Shown piece by piece: positions 1 to 10,960 of a stretch of 52,986 nucleotides of DNA. Below the pieces are notes generated by a model. It saw only the letters and a list, made by a program, of their open reading frames with translations. It did no database searches and was not told the origin of the DNA. The translations under genes were made by a program, and so were the position numbers. The DNA is from Welwitschia mirabilis. Lineage: Eukaryota. The stretch covers positions 18,608,951-18,661,936 of the forward strand of contig JBOZIK010000001.1 in the NCBI GenBank assembly GCA_051453625.1. Direction: 5' to 3'. Each line of letters begins with the position of its first letter. Position 1 is the first letter of the stretch.

Positions 1-435
1 TATCCATTTGATACACTTTGATAGTCTTGGGCTGCAATAGATAAAAACATTCTAATACTATCAAGCCTTGCAACTAGAGTAAATGTTTCACCTACATCAA
101 TGCCTTCAATTTCGTTGTAACCTTGTGCTACTAATCTTGCTTTGTTTTTGATGATATTGTTTTCCTCATCACATTTGTTCTTAAAAATCCACTTAGTCCC
201 AATAACATTTTTGTCTTTTAGCCTTTCGACAAGCTTCCAAACATCATTTCTTTTAAATTGTTGTAATTCATCTTGCATGGCCATCATCCATTCTTCATGG
301 GATTCAACTTCTTCAAATTTCTTAGGTTCTATTTGCGAAACATAACAAATGTGGGCACAGAAATTTTTCATTGAGCTCCTTGTCTTTATCATTGAGCTAA
401 CTTCTCCAATAATATACCCTAAAGGGTGATCTTTT
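1..435 (-). mobile_element. Ty1/copia (SIRE-like) reverse transcriptase N-terminal fragment
   Basis: Minus strand reads ...KDHPLGYIIGE...IEPKKFEE...WMMAMQDELQQFKRNDVWKLV...NVIGTKWIFKNK...KNKARLVAQGYNEIEGID, the classic copia RT start. Bounded by an N-gap. Confidence 0.9.
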
Positions 436-535
436 NNNNNNNNNNNNNNNNNNNNNNNNNNNNNNNNNNNNNNNNNNNNNNNNNNNNNNNNNNNNNNNNN
501 NNNNNNNNNNNNNNNNNNNNNNNNNNNNNNNNNNN

Positions 536-756
536 TGTTGATTAAAGGAACCAAGAGGCTGAAGGCTTGTGCTGCCTCTTGTGAGTGGAGTAGGCTTGGA
601 GAGCCGAACCACCATAAATTGGTAGTCTCTTTTTGTGTTATATTTAATTTTCTGTTACTGTAATTGCTTAATCTGATTAAGTTTATCTTCATTCTTAGTT
701 AAAATTTTTATAAAACCCTATTAACCCCTCGTGTAGGGTTTTTTGCCATCTTAACA
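536..756 (+). repeat. 5' LTR (3' portion; the rest is lost at a gap)
   Basis: Matches 6204-6441, with about 15 differences over the first ~185 bp, nearly all transitions. Ends ...TTAACA directly before the PBS. Confidence 0.9.
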
Positions 757-758
757 AT

Positions 759-770
759 TGGTATTAGAGC
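759..770 (+). promoter_or_regulatory. Primer-binding site (tRNA-iMet type)
   Basis: TGGTATTAGAGC, 2 nt after the LTR end; one mismatch to TGGTATCAGAGC. Confidence 0.85.
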
Positions 771-824
771 TAGGTTGCTCTAGATTAGGGTTTCTTTTTT
801 TATTATTGTGTGATTACAGATCAA

Positions 825-2432
825 ATGGCTTCCTCAAACTTTTTAGAAGGTCAATCCATCCCCAGACCACCACTGTTCTCAAGATCTAACTATGCCTATT
901 GGAAAACCAAAATGGCAATCCTTTTACAATCCCTGGATTGTGAGATGTGGGAATCTATTGAACTAGGCTATGTTGCTCCTACCAAAGTAGCTGGCAATAA
1001 GACCATTCCAAAGCCAAGAAATTAATGAGATCAGGACGACAAACAGGCTTCTCAAATAAGTGCTAAGACCATGAACACCTTGATATGTGTCTTATCCTCA
1101 GAAGAATACAACAAGGTGGTTCAATGCACAATGACTCAAGAAATATGGGAGACCTTAAGAGTTGCTCATGAAGGGACAAATGTTGTGAAGAATGCCAAAC
1201 TACAAATTTTAACAACTCAATTTGAAAACATAAAGATGGAAGATTCAGAATCAGTAGCAAAATACACTTCAAAGGTAAATGACATCGTGAATGGCATGTG
1301 GGGACTAGGCGAAGCTGTACCTCAGAATCGAGTTGTAAGAAAAATTCTCAGAAATCTCACAAAGAAATTCAAACCCAAAATCACTGCCATTGAGGAGAGT
1401 AAAGATATTAATCTCATCAGAGTTGAAGAACTGCAAGGTTAACTCATGGCATATGAGGTCTCTCTACAAACAGAAGCGCCTCATCCAAAATGGATAAACA
1501 TAGTTGTTAAAGCTGAATCAGATGCAGATGAAGACTCTCAATCAAGTGAGGATCTTGAAAACGACGATTTAACTCTCTTGGCGAAGAACTTCAAAAGGTT
1601 TCTCAAGAAGAAGGGAGGAAGATCTTCTCGGTAACCATTTAAAAGAGGTATGGACAAAGGTAAGAATCCCTCTAGTTCAATACAATGTTATGAATGCAAG
1701 GGATTTGGTCACANNNNNNNNNNNNNNNNNNNNNNNNNNNNNNNNNNNNNNNNNNNNNNNNNNNNNNNNNNNNNNNNNNNNNNNNNNNNNNNNNNNNNNN
1801 NNNNNNNNNNNNNNNNNNNNNNNNNNNNNNNNNNNNNNNNNNNNNNNNNNNNNNNNNNNNNNNNNNNNNNNNNNNNNNNNNNNNNNNNNNNNNNNNNNNN
1901 NNNNNNNNNNNNNNNNNNNNNNNNNNNNNNNNNNNNNNNNNNNNNNNNNNNNNNNNNNNNNNNNNNNNNNNNNNNNNNNNNNNNNNNNNNNNNNNNNNNN
2001 NNNAAACTAAAAGAAGCTTCCCTAAAGATAGAATCTCTTCAGAAGGATCTAACTCAAGCACAAGGAATAGCTGAACGTCTTGCTAATGGGAAGGAGAATG
2101 TAGACCAACTTCTAGAATTGGGAAGGAAAGCAAGTGACAAATCTAGTAGGATCAACTTCTAGTATGTTGCCTACTCAAAAGTTTTTTAGTCCAAGTATTA
2201 AATATCGCTCTTTTGGTATCTATAGTCTACAATGTTACTTCTGCCAAGAATATGGTGATATCCAATATTCCTATCCACATAAAAAATCTCAGTATTTTGG
2301 CTATAACTATAATTTCAAGTTTCAAAGTGTATCTAAACCTTTAGAAAGAAGACAGGTTGTTAAGAAGAGCAGTTGGAAATGGGTTAGGAATGAGACCACC
2401 AAGTCTCTTTTCGCTCATGCGGCATTCAGAGT
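825..2432 (+). pseudogene. gag: Copia gag with zinc knuckles, running towards the protease; disrupted
   Basis: MASSNFLEGQSIPRPPLFSRSNYAYWKTKM..., EIWETLRVAHEGT, VRKILRNL..KFKPKITAIEESKD, CYECKGFGH and a second decayed knuckle CYFCQEYGD. Contains in-frame stops and a frameshift. Confidence 0.9.
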
Positions 2433-2532
2433 NNNNNNNNNNNNNNNNNNNNNNNNNNNNNNNNNNNNNNNNNNNNNNNNNNNNNNNNNNNNNNNNNNNN
2501 NNNNNNNNNNNNNNNNNNNNNNNNNNNNNNNN

Positions 2533-3257
2533 GTCTAGTAAAAAGCAAACAACAACCTCCTTGTCCACAGCTGAAGCTGAATACATAGCCGTTGGAGCTT
2601 GTTATACTCAGTTGCTTTGAATGAAGCAAATGATGACTAATTTTGGTGTAAAACCTAACAATGTCAAAATTTATTGTGACAACACAAGTGCCATCAACAT
2701 AACTAAGAATCCAGTTCAGCATTCAAGAAGTAAACACATAGACATCATGCATCATTTCATTAGGAAACACGTTCACAACGATAATGTCGCCCTTGAATAC
2801 ATTTCAACTAATCACCAAATTGCTAACATTATGACTAAGAGCTTNNNNNNNNNNNNNNNNNNNNNNNNNNNNNNNNNNNNNNNNNNNNNNNNNNNNNNNN
2901 NNNNNNNNNNNNNNNNNNNNNNNNNNNNNNNNNNNNNNNNNNNNGTGTTGTACTCAATTGCTTTGGATGAAGCAACTGATGACTGATTTTGGTGTAAAGT
3001 CTGATAAGGTCAAAATTTATTGTGACAACACCAGTGCCATCAACATAACTAAGAATCCAATTCAGCATTCAAGAACTAAACACATAGACATCAGGCATCA
3101 TTTCATTAGGGAACACGTTCAAAACGATAATGTCGCCCTTGAATACATTTCAATTGATCACCAAATTGCTGACATTATGACTAAGAGCTTAAGTGAAGAG
3201 AAATATGTGTTCTTCCGTCAACAACTTAGGCTAGGGAACCACTCCCCTTCGATATAA
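2533..3257 (+). pseudogene. Copia RNase H, present as two non-identical copies either side of a gap
   Basis: SKKQTTTSLSTAEAEYIA...IYCDNTSAINITKNP(V/I)QHSR(S/T)KHIDI.HHFIR. Confidence 0.92.
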
Positions 3258-3349
3258 ATTTTTGTAAAATTTTCTACTCCTACATTTGTCATCATCTAAA
3301 AATTTATCTTCAAGAAGGTGCATATTCCTTATTTATCGTTTAGTTTTTC

Positions 3350-3602
3350 TCGGACGTCCTAGTTTTGTCATCGGACCTCCTACTCTAAATTGATCTGTTT
3401 CAAACGAAATCGTTCTGAACGTCCCACATGTCCACACTGGACGTCCAACTATTTTTTAATCTGTGACCGAGCAGTGCTCGGACGTCCCATCTTTATTTCC
3501 CAGACATCTGATTCAATTTTTTGAAGAAGCGGGTTTTTGATTTAAAACCCAGACGTCCCGACTTAAAAACCTGGATGTCCAGACGAATTCGCTGACGTCC
3601 CC
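3350..3602. repeat. Internal cluster of palindromic GGACGTCC-type motifs
   Basis: About 10 variants (ggacgtcc, ggacctcc, gaacgtcc, agacgtcc, ggatgtcc) between RNase H and the env-like ORF. Confidence 0.8.
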
Positions 3603-3721
3603 GTGTCTATTGATACATTTCTTTTTCTTGTTTTTGTCATTTGCTTCTCTTGTTTTTGCTTGCACCGTCAATCTTCTCTTGTACCTTGAGCTTTACTCCG
3701 TCTATCTCATGCAATTTCAAC

Positions 3722-4737
3722 ATGGTGAGATCGAAATTCTCTACTTCCAGAAAGGGAAGGGAACCTACTTCAGAGGCAGATTGGTTTCTCTCTCCAGAGC
3801 ATAAGAAAAACGGGAATGGTTGCTTTTTTAAGAGGCCTTTAGCTCCAGAAAGGAGTATAGATTTCCAATCCTTTCACCATGAGCTCAGATTGGAACCAAT
3901 GTTTGCAGAACAAGGATGGTCATATGCTCTCAATCCAGACAAATGTGCCTCTGTCAAAATGGTAAGTTTATTTTACTGTAATAGGTTATTTGACAAAAGC
4001 AATTGGAAGTTGATTTCAAAAGTATATGGGAGAACAGCAAAAGTGGACTTGGAAACTATTTCCTTAATCACTAGCTTCCCTAATGATGGCTTCTTTCGAG
4101 AAATCAACTCAGGAGTCTCTCTTCAAGAGGGGTAGTTTCAAAGGCAGTTTTAACCGAAGAGCTGTGTGGAAAGCAAGTTCAGTGGCATGCAAATATCCCA
4201 ACCAATCAATTGAAGCCATTCTACAGAGTAGTCTTCCAGATTTCAACACACAACTTGGTCCTGAAGCTTAGACACAAGGATGAGGTATCCCCAGTATGCG
4301 CTTACATCATGTTCTGTTTGGGTACAGGTGTGAAAATCAACTTGTGTAAATTTATTATGTATTATATCAGTCAATTCTTTGTGGCCAGTCATTCTAGTCT
4401 TCCATTTGGAAGTATTAGCATTGCAATACTACAAAAGCATCAGTTTGTGATCCAAAAGGATGAAGAGTTGGTAAAGGTAGATGTTGTTGGTCCATCTCCT
4501 CCTCCAAAGAAGAAGCAGCGTTCTAAAGAAGGGTTTACCTCTGAGCCTATTGCCAATGAGGTTATCTACCGAGCTATTCAGAGTTTACAGGCCTCCGTGG
4601 ATAACTTAAACATGAAGGTCAATCGAATGCTATTTGGGCTATCCACTTTTGGAGTTGACATTCCATCTGAATCAGAGGAAGAAGTAGCTCCTGGAGATCA
4701 TGCCTCTCCTTCTCACCATGATGAAACTTCTGATTAG
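3722..4737 (+). pseudogene. env-like extra ORF of the Sirevirus, frameshifted near 4130
   Basis: MVRSKFSTSRKGREP...KRPLAPERSIDF...EQGW...VSLFYCN... continues in another frame as ...VFQISTHNLV...HKDEVS...KINLCKFIM...SLPFG plus a coiled-coil-like C-terminus. Lies between pol and the PPT. Confidence 0.75.
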
Positions 4738-4829
4738 CTTGGCTCTGCCTATATCTTTTTCACTAATCTTCTTCTTCTTTTTGGTCTCTCTCCTATCTTC
4801 TCTCTTTCCTATTTTGTGTTTTCAATGAT

Positions 4830-5179
4830 GACAAAGGGGGAGAATATTTTGTATTTTCAAAACTCTGATGTACATTTGCGAAATCGTAATATAGTCAGTT
4901 TTCTTACAAATTTTGTGTAAAACGTTTTGTATTATTTTCTAGTTATTCTCTTACTATATTTGGCATCTCTTCAATTACATGTTTGTTAAATTGTCAGATA
5001 TCCAAGCATAATATAGCTAACAATATTTTTCTTACTCTGATCATGATTAGACATATATATCTATTTAGTGTTTTGGATTAAGTGTGTTAGGCAGGTCAGA
5101 TCCTTTAAACCGATTGCTAAGCCAAGGGGGAGCATTCTTTCTACCTTTTTGCAATTGTCATCATTAAAAAGGGGGAGAT
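4830..5179 (+). promoter_or_regulatory. Multiple polypurine tracts
   Basis: ACAAAGGGGGAGA (~4831), CCAAGGGGGAG (~5122) and AAAAAGGGGGAGAT (5166-5179) directly before TGTTG. Multiple PPTs are a known Sirevirus trait. Confidence 0.85.
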
Positions 5180-6441
5180 TGTTGAGTAAGGGTCCATTTC
5201 AATGACGAACAATAGAATCCATCCCAGAACTCAGTCTCAGCTCAAGAACGTGATAGGCAAATCAAAATACCTCAGGCCAAGTTCAAACAGTTAAGGATCA
5301 TCCGTCTTTTGTCTAGGATGTCCAAACCTGGTTACAGCTAAAAGTACTGGGACGTCCAGTCTCTTAACATGGGACGTCCGAACTTGTATGTTGTGTTTTA
5401 TATTGGGACGTCCGACCGCTCAACTAGGGATGTCCGGGCCTGTAATCTGCCTTTTATACTAGGATGTCTAGGACGTCCAACCTCTCAACCCAAGACGTCC
5501 GGGCCTGTAATCTGTTTCTTGTATTGGGATGTTCGACCACCTTATCCTGGATGTCTGGACCCTATCTTAGTTCTCTATCAAAGAATACCATTAAAAGTGG
5601 AATGTCTGGTTATTTACCTTGGGACGTCTGGCGAACTATCCGTTGACGCGCGGAAATAACTAAAGATGAACGTTGTGCACTCTATTCAAGGCGCAAATAG
5701 CTAAGAAAAGTATTGCAATAACACTCTATTCTATGCAAGGCGCCCTTAAGGGTTTTCTTTAATGAAATACTATATATGTTAAAATCTAAGAGGATTGCAA
5801 TACTACAAAATTGTGAAAATCCTAAANNNNNNNNNNNNNNNNNNNNNNNNNNNNNNNNNNNNNNNNNNNNNNNNNNNNNNNNNNNNNNNNNNNNNNNNNN
5901 NNNNNNNNNNNNNNNNNNNNNNNNNNGGGTTTTCTTTAATGAAATACTATATATGTTAAAATCTAAGAGGATTGCAATACTACAAAATTGTGAAAATCCT
6001 AAACTGTTGAATCAGAATTCCCGAGGAATTGCACCTAATCTAAATTCTTGTATTCTTCCTACTCTGATTGTACTTCTAGCTGATGAATCAAAGCTCATAG
6101 GCTCATACATCATCAGATTTCTTCAGAACTCTTTTGGAATGCTCAAGAAGGAGCAAAACTTGTAATTATAGCCCTAGCAAAGGGAGGTTGTGTTGTTGCA
6201 CCTTGTTGATTAAAGGAATCAAGAGGCTGAAGGCTTATGCTGCCTCTTGTAAGTGAAGTAGGTTTGGAGAGCCGAACCACTACAAATTGGTAGCCTCTTT
6301 TTGTATTATATTTAATTTTCTATTATTGTAATTACTTGATCTGATTAAGTTTATTTTCATTCTTAGTTAAAATTTTATAAAACCCTATCCCCCCCTCTCC
6401 AAACAAAAAAAAACCTCTAGAGTATTTTTGTGATCCTAACA
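5180..6441 (+). repeat. 3' LTR with a tandem GGGACGTCC motif array (~5310-5630)
   Basis: TGTTGAG...CCTAACA, with a C-tract motif near the 3' end. Contains one gap with an artefactual 77-bp duplication. Confidence 0.88.
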
Positions 6442-8160
6442 ATTAGAAATGTCATAGCTTCGCCATAAAAACACACACAACCTTCTCAAAATCCAATATA
6501 CACAAGGTATTACTACTTAAAATCATCACCAAATTATTCTCAAACTCAAGTAATGGACTTAGAAATGTCGTAGCTTTGTCCTCACTAGACATATTCACCC
6601 CAATTATAGCCAGCTAAAAGAAAATGGTATTGGAGCACTAAAGATCCACTATCATGTATCCATATGGCTCTAGTTTCACACTATGTAATATTCAATGCAA
6701 GAAGACATGATAAGTAACACTCTACTTGATAGAGCATTTCTAATCTGCAGCACAAACCATGTCTAGAGTTTTCATTATACACATTTGTGAAAACTAGAAA
6801 CATCCAGACAACATAGAATAATTGCCATTTACCTATCAATTTTATTCCGTTCATCAATGGTAAAATTTATTAAGTTCCATATCCATCCTTCTATAAGCAA
6901 CTCAAGGTCATGTTTATACAGGTACTCCGCTTGATCTTCCAAAACTCATAAGTATAATTGTCAAACTTGTCTGTAAGGATAGAGGTCTTGTCCATCATGC
7001 ACGATAGCTCCCACTAAAGCAGGAAGGTATGAGATCCGCACTTTATATATCCAAATTATCCTCAAACTCAGGTAGTGGACTTAGAAATGTCGTAGCTTTG
7101 TCCTCACTAGACATATTCACCCCAATTATAGCAAGCTAAAAGAAAATGATATTGGAACACTAAAGATCCACTATCAAGTATCCATATGGCTCTAGTTTCA
7201 AACTATGCAATATTCAATGCAAGAAGACATGATAAGTAACACTCTACTTGATAGAGCATTTCTAATCTGTGGCACAAACCATGTCTAGAGTTTTCATTAT
7301 ACACATTTGTGAAAACTAGAAACATCCACACAACACAGAATAATCGTCATTTACCTATCAATTTTATTCCATTTCATGAATAGTAAATTTATTAAGTTCC
7401 ATATCCATCCTTCTATAAGCAACTCAAGGTCATGTTCATACAGGTACTCCATCTTGATCTTCAAAAACTCATAAGTATAATTGTCAAACTTGTCTTTAAG
7501 GATAGAGGTCTTGTCCATCATGCACAATAGCTCCCACTAAAGCAGGAAGGTATGGAATCCGATATATCTCTATGACAAACCCTACTACAGAATGGGACAG
7601 TAGGATTTTGCACCCAAAAATGCTGCCAAGCTAGCAAATACTTGAAAAAGAGAAAGTCATAAACACCTAAAGAACTATACAAATGTCTATTATACAAATG
7701 TATGAAATGACTAATAATGTTGATTGTGTGCTCTTCATGCATGCGCAACTCACTATGCTTTACTACACAAATTCATAGGTCATGAGTATCCACCCTCTAA
7801 TACCAATTGTTATGAAAAAACATACAACAAAATAAGATCACAATGATTTGCCAATCAATAAAAAATTGTAATACATAGCTAGACAACCAAAAACCCAGTC
7901 AAGGGGAACGATAAGAAAGCAGCACAAGTAATGACTTTCAACTAAACAAGAACAAAGATTACAAACCAAGACCAATGCAACATGCTAGACATTCCCAAAA
8001 AGAACCTTTACAATGGAGATCGGTCACTCTCTTGCTCATAGCTCCACCACAATAAACCCCAAAGTATGCTTATATCAATAGGATTACAAACCCTAGAAAA
8101 TCTTAAATTTATTTTTGGCACATTGCCCTTAAATATACTCTAAAATCAAACACCCTAACA
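6442..8160 (-). mobile_element. Second, internally deleted LTR element: 5' LTR 7808-8160, PBS 7795-7805
   Basis: Minus strand TGTTAGGG...CATAACA, then AT, then TGGTATTAGAG. The interior carries decayed copia RT-like words (MDMELN...KLIGK). Confidence 0.65.
6529..7560. repeat. Tandem duplication, ~522-bp period, 2 copies
   Basis: CCAAATTAT(T/C)CTCAAACTCA... at 6529 and 7051. The copies differ by scattered substitutions and no gap lies between them. Confidence 0.92.
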
Positions 8161-8274
8161 ACTTAAAGCGGCATAACTAAAGGGCTTCGATGTACAACAT
8201 GGAATGGTTAGAAGTTTAAAATAAATAACGAGGGCATAAAAATAGAGACTTGACTTCACCATTCTCTAAAAATA

Positions 8275-8800
8275 TCCCCACTGCGAAAGCACAAGCAAAT
8301 TGATTGGGTTCCTTTCAAATACCTCAAATCCACTTCACTACTTGTCAATGACTCTACCCATGGTTCCTCATGAAGTTGCTAAAAACAACAATAGTATATG
8401 TTGTGCCTAGTTGTATGAAAATAAAGCATTCATTAGAGATCATCTGACAATCTCCCCACTACGAAAGCACAAGCAAGTTGATTGGGTTCCTTTCATATAC
8501 CTCAAATCCACTTCACTAGTGAAACAATGACTCTACCCATGGTTCCTCATGAAGTTGCTAACAACAACAATAGTATATGTTGTGCTTAGTTGTGTGAAAA
8601 TAAAAGCATGTTTATTAAAGATCGTCTAACAATCTCCCTAGTACCAAAACACAAGCAAGTTGATTGGGTTCCTTTCAAATACCTCAAATCCACTTCACTA
8701 ATTGTCAATGACTACCCAGGGTTCCTCATGAACCTACTAACAACAAAACTAGTATATGTTGTTTATAGATGTGTGAAGATAAAAGCGTTCATGAGAGATC
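8275..8800. repeat. Tandem triplication (~180-bp unit) of a copia RT C-terminal segment
   Basis: AAGCAA(A/G)TTGATTGGGTTCCTTTCA.ATACCTCAAATCCACTTCACTA occurs near 8293, 8471 and 8653. Confidence 0.9.
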
Positions 8801-10526
8801 CAATAGCAGGCATATATGGCACTTCCTTCTATACTTTCAACATTTTTTTGGTCTTGGGCGATCACTTTTTAAACAGCTAAAACTCAGGAGCTAACTAGCT
8901 TATTGTTTTATATGAAATTACAATATAAATGGCCAAGAGATCTTCATATAGGCCATCAATACGTTTAACAAGAAATGGCCTCACATATTAATTTTAACTT
9001 TGATTTCATTATTCTCATTTCCAACAATCAACATGTTATCAAAATACAGCAATAATAAACATATTTACATAATATCACTAGAAGAATACANNNNNNNNNN
9101 NNNNNNNNNNNNNNNNNNNNNNNNNNNNNNNNNNNNNNNNNNNNNNNNNNNNNNNNNNNNNNNNNNNNNNNNNNNNNNNNNNNNNNNNNNCTCATTTCCA
9201 ACAATCAACATGTTATCAAAATACAGCAATAATAAACATATTTACATAATATCACTAGAAGAATACACACAATCCTCAAAATCACTACTCCTTGTAGACA
9301 ACTCGCACATATAAAGTTGTCAAACTTCTTCTACCACTATCTGGGGATCTATTTCAAGCCACAACAAACAAAATGAAGTTGGGTTTATGTATCATTCAAG
9401 TTGACGCATGTAGATTTTCACATCCAAATCAACATGGAGGAACGTCCTTATGATGCGCAATTATTCCAACTCTAATTCCAAAGCAACACCAAGCGATATA
9501 AACCAACCTGATGGAAAATTTGGTCTTTGAGTAAAGCATTTTACCGTCAATCTATCTTTCTACCTGTTCTCTCCATTTTTGTCTGTCTTAACTCTACAGA
9601 TCTTCTTGTTATGAACCATTTTAAACCCTTTTGAAAGTTCCACAAGTTTTAGAGTTTTGCTTTATTGCAGGAAACTCTATTCCTCTCCCACAGATTTTGC
9701 TTTTGCACATATAAGTCTTCTTTCACTGTTTTAGGTTCTCCACTATCCATGTACAATACATAACAAAAGAGCATGAGAATACCTATCATGATGATGTGTC
9801 GCCTTTGTAGAGCATCCTACCCAATGAGATGCAGGATCAATGAGTTATTCCTACTACACAAAAATTTCAGTGATAACTTCAAACGAGCTTTCTTCAACTT
9901 TATCATTCTAACTTTCTTCTGTAGGGTTTTGATCAGCTATATGTTCTTCATCTTCTCAGTCCTGACTAATTCGAAATTGATTTGTAAGACTGATGTAGGA
10001 GGCCAAAATCAAGTTAATCTAAGTCTATATCCTCAGAACCACAGTACAAAACATTCCCTCTAGATCTAGCATCATGAATACTAACAAATTGTTTGGTTTT
10101 AGCATACCATAATCTATAATCAAGATTATTTTCCTCATAACCTCAAACTATGTACTGCTTAGCTCTATCCAGGAGCTTTATTCTGTTCTCCTTTTGCACA
10201 TGCATATAGGCCTTAAAACCAAAAAATTCCAGATGCTTATAAGATACCTCTTTCCCACTCCATGGGATTCGTGGCGCTTGATTGTTTAATGTGGAATGAG
10301 GAGAGATGTTTATCAAATATGCAACTATAAGAGGTCATTCAACACAAAATGTTTTGGATAANNNNNNNNNNNNNNNNNNNNNNNNNNNNNNNNNNNNNNN
10401 NNNNNNNNNNNNNNNNNNNNNNNNNNNNNNNNNNNNNNNNNNNNNNNNNNNNNNNNNNNNNTTTAATGTGGAATGAGGAGAGATGTTTATCAAATATGCA
10501 ACTATAAGAGGTCATTCAACACAAAA

Positions 10527-10960
10527 TGTTTTGGATAAACACGTGTTAAATTGTGAAGCCAAAGTTTATTTTTATTTCCTTGTTTGTTATATTCCTATGT
10601 TGACCCCAGTTGCTTGTACAAAGTGTATTTGGTTATAAAATTGCCTTGGCGTGGTTATTAAAATTAGTTAATCATAAAAGGAATATGGAGTTAATAGGTA
10701 GTTAGGGTACACTTGTGTCTTTAACCTAACTCCTCTCATATATATACACCTCAAGCCATTGAGGGAATAGGTGTATGGTATGCTTCAGGGTTATTTGTAT
10801 TTTCTGAAGCTCTTGTCTGCCAATAAGAGATCTTCACTGCTTTCTCGAGTATGTAGGCTAGCAAGAGGCCAGAACTCATTAAACATTTTTATGTGCTTTT
10901 GCTTTTGTTTCTGTTACACATTTGTTTATCTTGATTTATGCTATACTCATTTTGATAACA
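10527..10960 (+). mobile_element. Probable solo LTR inserted in the copia integrase
   Basis: TGTTTTGG...GATAACA, with a TATA-like tract and a GTAGGC...CCAGAAC U5-like motif. The integrase frame resumes on both sides. Flanks ACAAAA/ACATAA are an imperfect TSD. Confidence 0.6.

Larger units (their letters stand above)
536..6441 (+). mobile_element. Sirevirus (SIRE/Maximus)-like Ty1/copia LTR retrotransposon, degenerate; most of pol is not visible
   Basis: Order is 5' LTR end, PBS, gag, RNase H, extra env-like ORF, several AAGGGGGAG PPT boxes, then a 3' LTR (TG...CA) whose 3' part matches the 5' LTR remnant. Confidence 0.9.

Noticed and set aside
1672-2074. Long ORFs made mostly of X
   Set aside because: They are products of N-gaps.
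5369-5659. 96-aa ORF with repeated motifs
   Set aside because: It is a translation of the LTR tandem array, not a gene.
8444-8460. PPT-like AGTGGGGAGATTGT on the minus strand
   Set aside because: It lies within the RT-derived tandem unit and no LTR follows.
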